From the NCBI GenBank assembly GCA_051294375.1, contig CM119265.1, forward strand, positions 1,165,539 through 1,229,480: 63,942 bases of DNA, written 5' to 3'. The notes beneath the pieces were generated by a model. It had not been told where the DNA came from, ran no database searches, and saw only the letters and a program-made list of their open reading frames with translations. This document shows, one piece after another, positions 56,428 through 63,942 of the stretch. This stretch comes from Paraspadella gotoi. Its lineage: Eukaryota > Animalia > Chaetognatha. The stretch's first letter is position 1. Each line of letters begins with the position of its first letter. The position numbers were made by a program, and so were the translations under genes.

Positions 56428-56713
56428 CTGCGGAAGGCAGAAATTTTTTTTTAATCAAAAACAATAAAACGTGTTACAGTAAAGGAAAGAGCGACGACAA
56501 TGCTAATAATAGAAATAAAAAACTACAATCAACATATCATCGAAGGAACGGAATCGAAATCAAATCGGAATCGAATATATATTTGTTGGTTTAGGATTTT
56601 TGTGAAAGATTCTTTCGTCGTCGTTGTCGTCGTCGTCGTTCGTTTTCAGCTGCGTCTCAGTATAAGCGTCATCACCATCTATCATCGTCATCATCACCAT
56701 TTATTATCATCAT

Positions 56714-56771
<58 letters not shown>

Positions 56772-56787
56772 TATCACACATTCTCAC

Positions 56788-57180
56788 CCTCCTCTCCTCG
56801 GCGGCAGCGGCGGCGGACGTTCGATCCTAAATTTGGTGACGCATCTGAGTTTGAATCCGCGAGAGGCGCTGCCTTCGCCAACGGCGTCGTCGTCGTCTTC
56901 GTCGTTGTTGCAGCTGTTGTTGTTGTTGTTGTTGTTGCGTCGGTCGTCGAGTCGTCGTCGTCCGTCTCGGTCCGTCGTGCGTATCGCTCGTCGTTCACCC
57001 TTCGAGTTTGTTGCTTTTCGGTTCTTCTTCGATTCGTTACGTTCCTGTCTTGGTCGGTCATCATGTTTTCTTGGACATCTGGGCGTGGAACGGATCGTCT
57101 GTGTGGATGTGTCGTCTTCGTCGTTGTCGTCGTTCCGTGATTCGGTCTATAGACCATCGTCGTTCTTCCTCCATCTTCAC
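56788..57180 (-). CDS. Hil: Hillarin/KY-like exon with low-complexity insertion (5' boundary uncertain, frameshifted by errors)
   Basis: The 3' end reads NNNSCNNDEDDDDAVGEGSASRGFKLRCVTKFRIERPPPLPPRRG(G) in a frame other than the ORF track; GG|GTGAGA phase-2 donor matches the next acceptor. Confidence 0.65.
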
Positions 57181-58917
57181 CTTAATCATTAGTCATTTGA
57201 TCACTGGTCACCTTTCATTTGAGAATTTAAATCCTTTTAACTTTTTTTTAATTGTCTCCGGTCATCATCATCATTCCATCACTCTATCATTCATCATCAT
57301 ACATCATTCGATCTTCAATCGATCATCAATCATCGTCGCGTCGTCGTACGGTCGGATGCGATCGTCCGTGGCATCTTTTTAGTCCAATTGAAGGAGTGTA
57401 TGAGAAAAAGAGAAAAGCAGAACAGAGCAAGGGACAGACAGACAGACAGAGCAGACGAGAGGAGACAGAGAAGTTAGAAGAGACGAGAGAAGGATTGCAG
57501 AAGGAGACTGAGTAGCGAAGAGACGAGAGAGTGATGTGGAGATGAGTGAAGGCGAGCGAAGGTCAGACCAGCCGGTGAAGGGAAGAGGAGGAGAGGAAGA
57601 GAAATGGGGAGTGAGAGAGAGAACTCTCTGGACGGACGAACAAGAGTTTGAAGAAAGAGAAAAAAAAAAAAAATTGTGTGCAGAGGAAAGAAAAAACGTT
57701 TGAAGAAAAAGGAAAAAAAAGAATGAAAATAAAACAAGGAAAAATAAAAATGAAGCAAAAAGAAAAAAAAGGAAAGGAAAATAAAATTTTGGATTTTGAA
57801 ATGTCGCCAAAGAAATTTGAGAGTCAGGTCATATTGTGATTGTTAAGTTCGAAGATTTATTGTGACATAAAACAAAACAACATTGAAAGCTTTTTTCCAC
57901 TGTGGAATTATTTTGACACGTGTGAGGAAAAATCTCACAGTTCGACGTTGACATTTCGGGTGTGAAAGGAAAAATGAAAATACCGAATGTGAAAAGAGAA
58001 AAATGGAAAAAAATCATTTGATCAACTCTTCGATTTCTCTCTCATTCTCTCATTCTCTCTCCCTCTGTTCTAAAATTCTCTGTTCTCCTTTCTCTCTCTC
58101 TCTTCTCTCTCTCTCTCTCTCTCTCTTTCTCTTTTGCTCTCTATTTTCTCTGAAGTGTAAACAAATTTTGAAGTTACTAAGTTTACCAAATTGGTCGCTG
58201 TTTTTATTTATTGTAGCTTTTGTCGTCGTTCGTCGTCCGTCGTCGTCATTTTCGTCTTCAAGTATCGACAGATTCTTTTTTTCTCTCATATCTCTCGGAG
58301 GACATTCAAAGCCGACAACAACACAACAACACAACAACAACAACAACAACAACGGACAAAAAACCAACAACATCGTAAACGACTATCGACAAAGTCTTTC
58401 TTCTCTCTCGAGTCTAATGAAAGAAAAAGGACGTCGTCGTCGTCAGGTCGTTGTGGTCGTTACTGGTCGTCGGTTCGTCGTTCGTTGTCGTCGTTGTCGT
58501 CGTTTGTCGTTTGTTCGTTGTTTGTCGTTGTCGTCGTCGTCCGTAGTCGTGCGGATACTCAACGTTGTCGTCCGTCTGGTTGCGTCAAGGGCAATATCGT
58601 AAGTCGAAATTTTCTCGAAAACTGAGAATTCACTGAAATACAATATACTATACATAATATAAATATATACATATATTTTATTATTTACCCCCTATCCTCT
58701 TCCTTCTCCCTTCTCCCTCACCCTCTCTCCTTCCCTCTTCTTCCTTTATATCTCTCTCTCTCTCCTCTCCTCTCTCTCTCTCTTCTCTCTCTCTGGCTCT
58801 CTCTCTCTCTCTTTCTCTCACTTCTCTCTCTCTCGTTCTCTCTCTTCTCTTCTCTCTCCTCTCTCTCTCTCTCTCTCTCGTTTTCTCTCGGGTCTTCTAC
58901 TTCCCCTTCTCTTTCCT

Positions 58918-58962
<45 letters not shown>

Positions 58963-59177
58963 GCTCTCTCTCTCTTCTCTCCTATCTCTCCGTCTACTTT
59001 CCCCCTTTTCTTCCTTTCCTCGGGTCCTCCTTCGCTCTCTCTCTCTCTCTCTTCTTTCTCTCTCTCTTTTTCTCCTCTTCTCTCTCTCTCTCTCTCTCTC
59101 TGCCCTCTCCTATCCCTATCTCTCTCTACCTTCCCTCTTTTTCTTTCCTTCCTCGTCACTCCCTCTCTCTCTCTCTT

Positions 59178-59224
<47 letters not shown>

Positions 59225-59356
59225 CTCTCTATCCCTATCTCTCTTACCTTCCCCCTTTTTCTTTCCTTCCTCTCCTCTCTCTCTCCTCTCTCTCTCTCTC
59301 TCTTCTCTCACTCTCTCTCTCTTTCTCTCACTTTCTCTTTTTTTCTCTCTATCTCT

Positions 59357-59399
<43 letters not shown>

Positions 59400-59455
59400 T
59401 CTCTACCTTCCCTCTTTCTCCCTGTATCTCCCTCCCTCCCCCCTCTCCCTCTCAG

Positions 59456-59640
59456 AATTCGAGTCTTCCCATTCGTCCGCTCTCTCTTCTTCCACTACGG
59501 TTTTGAAATTCGCTCTCAATCAACATCAAGTCCATCGTTTTCGAACGAGTGACGCAGCGCCAAGGCGACGATTCAGTTGGAAATTCCGAAGAAACTCAAA
59601 CAAGTCACTTCGCTTTTCATTTTCACTTTAAGAAGATCGG
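59456..59640 (+). CDS. Hil: Hillarin/KY-like upstream exon in inverted segment (frameshifted by read errors)
   Basis: ctcag acceptor; EFES-(L)PFVRSLFFHYG...KATIQLEIPKKLKQ...FHFTLRR corresponds to hillarin EFExLPFVRSLFFxYGL, which follows the transglutaminase-like domain. Confidence 0.72.
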
Positions 59641-59654
59641 GGAAGATGGGGGGG

Positions 59655-60560
59655 GATCAGCGTGAGAGCGCGAGGGAAGGGGAACAGGTGATGGGAGGAG
59701 GGGATCAGGTAGTAGGGCGAGGGAGGGAACAGGTGAGGGGAGGGGAGGGGACAGGGGGATGGAGGGAGGGTATCAAGGTGAGTGGAGGAGGGAACAGGTG
59801 ACGGGAGGGAGGGGACATGTGATGGGAGGGAAGGGGAACAGGTGAGGGGTGGGAGGGGAAAAAGGGTGGGGGTGGGAGGAGAAACAGGTGGGACGTGGGA
59901 GGGTAACAGGTGGGGCCGGTAGAGAAGGTGAGGAAGAAGGGAGGGATTCAGGTGAGGAACAGGTGAGGGGGGTGGAGCGGGAACAGGTGGGGTGGGAGGG
60001 GAAACAGGTGGAGGTGGCGGAGGGGGAACAGGGGGTAGGATGGTAGAAGAAGGAGGGGATCAGGTGAGGGGAGGGAGGAACAGGTGCGGGGGCGTGGAGG
60101 GATCAGGTGAGGGGAGGGAGGGGATACAGCTGGGGTAGGAGGGGAGGATGGAAGCGAGGGGGATCAGGGTTGAGGGGAGGGAGGGGAACAGGTGGGGAGG
60201 GAGGGGAACAGGTGAGGGGAGGGAGGGGAACAGGTTGATTGCGGGAGGGAGGGGAATAGTGAGGGGAGGGGAGGGGAACAGGTTGAGGGAAGGAGGGTAA
60301 ACATGGTGGGGGTGGGGGGGAACAGGTCGGGGGTATGAGGTGAGGAGGAAGGGAGGGATCAGGTTAGTGGAGGGAGGGGGGAAACAGGGTGAGGGCGAGG
60401 GGAGGGAACAGGTGAGGGAGGAGGGGAAAGGTGACGGGGAGGTGAGGGGATCAGGTGAGGAGAGAGGGAGGGGAACAGCTGGTGGTAGGCAGGGGAGGAG
60501 GAAGGGAGGGGATAGGTTGAGGGGAAAGGGAGGGAACAGGGTGAGTTGTTAGGGAGGGGA
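59655..60560. repeat. G-rich ~21-bp minisatellite (gggagggaggggaacaggtga)n
   Basis: Degenerate tandem units visible. Confidence 0.88.
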
Positions 60561-61062
60561 ACATCTGATGGCACGGGAAGATAGGCTAGAGGAAGAGAGA
60601 GAGGGGGTAAGACTGTCCTCTGGGATGGAAACGAGGTCAGATTTGGGTGAATGTTCGGCCTTTATTTTTTCCGAAGCGTCTCATTTCGTCTTAAATCGGT
60701 TAATAAAGTTTATTTTTTATAATTTAAAAAATTAGGTTAAAGGTTAGGTAAAAAGCAATTAAGGTGAAAGATTAGGTTGAAAATTAGGGTGACAAGATTG
60801 AGAGGTGAAAGCTAAATTCAAGGATATTAAGGAACAGAAATCAGGAAAATAAAGCCTTTTGTTTCTTTTTTTTCTTTTTGTTGTTTTTGTTGTTTTTTTG
60901 TTTTTTTGTGATTGTTGTTACCATCTGTTGACCATCATTGTTTCCTATTGATAAACCCATTTTGTTTATCATATATACTTCTATTTTTCCGAAACTCTTG
61001 TTTACGTCGTCGTCATTCATCGTCGTCGTCGTCGTTGTTGTTTTCTCCGTTTTCATTTGTAG

Positions 61063-61220
61063 GAGATCACATATTCGTCGTCGTTCGGTCGTCGTAATTC
61101 TGTTACGTCTTCTTTGATTACGTCGTCGTCGTCATCGTCGTGGTCTTTTCTCGTTTTTCGTCGTCGTCGTCGTCGTGCCGTCGTTCGTCGCTTTCCATGC
61201 GCAGGCTTTTTCCTCCAGAG
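61063..61220 (+). CDS. Hil: Probable hillarin/KY-like exon with poly-Ser insertion (inverted segment)
   Basis: tttgtag acceptor and AG|GTAAAC donor; combining both noisy copies gives approximately ...SLSMRRFVFLQ, similar to hillarin SLKRFVMQS. Confidence 0.5.
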
Positions 61221-61694
61221 GTAAACTTCCGGTGACACAGAAGAACAAGAAGGAGAGAGAGAGAAAGAGATTAGAGAGAGGGAGAAGGGAGTGAGAGAGG
61301 GAGGCCGGAAAAGGGAGCAGATGGATGTGTAAGGAGGGAGAGGGAGAGAGGAAAAGAGGGAGAGAGGAGAGGAGGGAGATGGCGAGATGAGCGGATGAGA
61401 GGAGGAGGGAGAGAGGAAGGGAGGGAGAGGAAGTAAGAATGGAGGAAAGACGAGAGCAGAAGGGTATGTGTCAAAGATCTGGGTTGAAGGTTCTTATCAC
61501 AAACGATATTGAGTGCAAGCAAAGAGACTTGAAGCGTCACATTAAAGATAAAAGATATCCTCGGTGGGTGACGAAACAATTGATATAGAAGTTTTCGAAC
61601 TTTTGGTGTCAAGAAAAAGGTTTGATTGATTGAATTTGTAGTCGGGCATTGCCTAGGCATTCACCCCGCCTATAAGCATGACATCTTTAGTCCT

Positions 61695-61942
61695 GACCCG
61701 GTGGCTCATTGAGGTAAGCCATCAGCTCGATGAACCACTACGGGTCGGTTCAATCCCAGCCCAGGTACCTACCACTGCCGGCAGAGTGAGGACGGCCTAA
61801 GGCTGCCTTGGGGGGCGTAGCAAGCCTCAGCCTGCAGTTTCAAGCCAGGACCCGTTCCATGTCTGCTTAGCAGGGGTTGATAGAAGTATGGATAGTCATG
61901 CTTCTGCCTACTTAGCCCCTTATCCACAGATTGATTGATTGA
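61695..61942 (+). mobile_element. tRNA-derived SINE, ~250 bp, (GATT)n tail
   Basis: A-box-like GGTGGCTCATTGAG, B-box GGTTCAATCCC, GC-rich body, microsatellite tail; an independent head fragment lies at 3520. Confidence 0.8.
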
Positions 61943-62316
61943 TGCCGTTGTATTGATAGATTGATTTTAAAAAAAATTTTGAATTTTAATATCTGAATAT
62001 ATATAATCGTCATGTTTTTATAGTGTAATTGTTTTATTTTTACTTTTAATAGTGAGTTTAAAATACAAAGAAGGAGAAAGAGGAAAAAAATGTACCATAA
62101 AACATTTTTTTCTATTCGACCCATAACAACATTAAGAGGAGCGAGGAGGAGGAGAAGGAGGACGACGACGACGACGACGACGACGAGAGACAAATTCAAA
62201 TTCTGCGTTCTTTTTCAGGGATCGAAACGGGAGAAAACACGCACAAGAAAAAGACCAAGGAAAAGACAAGGAAAATTAACAACTGAAATATGAAGAAAAG
62301 AGAAAATCTCTCTCTC

Positions 62317-62347
<31 letters not shown>

Positions 62348-62884
62348 GTTTATCCAATCTTTTCATTCTCTCTCTCTCTCTCTTATTTCTGCTCAATTGA
62401 TTCCGTTTTTTTTGTGTTCCCTTTTTCCATTCATCATAAACTTTCTCTCAGCGATTTGCACTGTTTTCGTGTCCCATCATAGCGCAAAACGTTAATCACT
62501 TTATCATCTTTAATGACATTAGGGTCAATTATCTGACATTATCAGACACTACACATGTCATCATCATCATCATTTCATCATCATCATCATAAGCAAAGTT
62601 ATGTCATTTTGAAAGTTTTGAAAATTAAAAGATCTATTAATTTGATCAATCATCAACAATAATCAATCAAATCAAACATCAATCAAATCAAATCTATCCA
62701 TCCCATCCATCAATTATCAATCAATCAAATCAACATCATTGTCATCAATCAATTCATCATCATGAATAAACAAATCAATCAAAACAATCATCAATCAATT
62801 ATCAATTCAATCCATCAAATATTCAATCAATCACACAACCAAATCAATCAATCAATTCCCCCCAACCCCCTCCTCTCTCCACAG

Positions 62885-63018
62885 CCTCCCCTCGATCGCT
62901 TTCGTCTTCCAGACGATCCGTACGCACAATCTCCTTTCTTCAAACTTCGATGGCCACAGACGGCCGGAGGAGATATCCTCTTCGAGATTTTGCGGAGCCA
63001 ACTCGTCGACGAGCGATC
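62885..63018 (+). CDS. Hil: Probable hillarin/KY-like exon (partial, noisy, cut by gap)
   Basis: ctctccacag acceptor; FFKLRWPQTAGGDILFEI(F)A fits the F.l.lP..G.y.leIFA strand of the KY-type Ig-like domain expected just before the 56788 exon. Confidence 0.55.
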
Positions 63019-63131
63019 NNNNNNNNNNNNNNNNNNNNNNNNNAAAATAAAACATTAGATTCGTTCTTTCCAAAATTAATATAGAAACAGAAGAATTCAT
63101 ATAGTAAAATTCAAATTGTTTTTAAATCAAG

Positions 63132-63132
<1 letters not shown>

Positions 63133-63165
<33 letters not shown>

Positions 63166-63397
63166 ATCTGTGGATAAGGCGCTAAGTGGGCAGAAGATGA
63201 CTATCCGTAACTTCTATAACCCCCTTTAGTAGCTAAGGAACGGGTCCTGGGCTTGGAACCAGGCTTGAGGGTTCGCCACACCCCCAAGGCGGCTTACGGC
63301 CGTCCTCACGCTTCCCGCAGGGTAGGCACCGGGTTGGGATTGAACCCGGTACCTAGTGGTCATGAGATGATAGCTTTACTCAATGAGCCACCGGGTC
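63133..63397 (-). mobile_element. tRNA-derived SINE (mirror copy of 61695-61942)
   Basis: Reverse complement reads gacccggtggctcattgagtaaagctatcatctcatgaccactaggtaccgggttcaatccc. Confidence 0.8.
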
Positions 63398-63881
63398 ACG
63401 ACTGAATGTGTCATGCTTATAGGCGGGGTGAACCTAGGCAATGCCCGACTACAAATCAATCAATCAACCTTTTTTCTTGACACCAAAGTTCGAACTTCTA
63501 TATCAATTGTTTCGTCACCCACCGAGGATAATCTTATCTTTAATGTGACGCTTCAGTCTTTTGCTTCACTCAATATCGTTTGTGATAAGAATCTTCACCA
63601 GATCTTTGANNNNNNNNNNNNNNNNNNNNNNNNNNNNNNNNNNNNNNNNNNNNNNNNNNNNNNNNNNNNNNNNNNNNNNNNNNNNNNNNNNNNNNNNNNN
63701 NNNNNNNNNNNNNNNNNNNNNNNNNNNNNNNNNNNNNNNNNNNNNNNNNNNNNNNNNNNNNNNNNNNNNNNNNNNNNNNNNNNNNNNNNNNNNNNNNNNN
63801 NNNNNNNNNNNNNNNNNNNNNNNNNNNNNNNNNNTTTTTCTCTCTCTCTCCTTCTTGTCTTCTCGTCCACCGGAAGTTTAC

Positions 63882-63942
63882 CTCTGGAGGAAAACAAAGC
63901 CTGCGCATGGAAGCGACGACGACGACGACGACGACGACGACG
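63882..63942 (-). CDS. Hil: 3' part of the poly-Ser hillarin-like exon in gene-concordant orientation (truncated by window)
   Basis: Mirror of 61160-61220 with the same AG|GTAAAC donor. Confidence 0.45.

Larger units (their letters stand above)
61160..63942. repeat. Inverted duplication, 61160-61995 vs 63100-63942 (right arm runs off the window)
   Basis: ccatgcgcagg...cctccagaggtaaacttccggtg mirrored at 63867-63910; 61470-61945 mirrored at 63140-63609. Confidence 0.93.

Noticed and set aside
58290-58600. Plus-strand exon candidate ending at C|GTAAGT
   Set aside because: Good donor, but the translation is low-complexity and noisy and has no hillarin motif, so it cannot be assigned.
61695-61770. 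tRNA-Met gene
   Set aside because: Anticodon and acceptor stems do not pair well, there is no T-run terminator, and it continues into a SINE body and tail.

Overview
AT-rich, microsatellite-saturated animal (invertebrate-type) genomic DNA from a draft assembly that appears gap-filled with noisy long reads. No prokaryotic features, rRNA or CRISPR are visible, and most ORF-track entries are microsatellite translations. Two spliced genes can be reconstructed by hand. (1) The 3' half of a hillarin/KY-family gene: minus-strand exons run from about 57.2 kb down to a stop at 28464, and three upstream exons sit on the plus strand at 59.5-63.0 kb inside an inverted duplicate segment. (2) A convergent plus-strand gene (26147-27736) for a secreted protein with about 20 [DE]RPxx pentapeptide repeats, Ser/acidic/Asn tracts and prohormone-like cleavage sites; I do not recognise its family. 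Large-scale structure is dominated by a ~10 kb inverted duplication (30.1-50.2 kb), two smaller inverted duplications and several direct duplications. The copies differ mainly by 1-bp indels and most adjoin gaps of exactly 25 N, so they are most likely assembly artefacts. Also present: a tRNA-derived SINE, several MITE/HINE-like families and minisatellites. I find no convincing new biological system; the repeat-rich secreted protein is the best novelty candidate.
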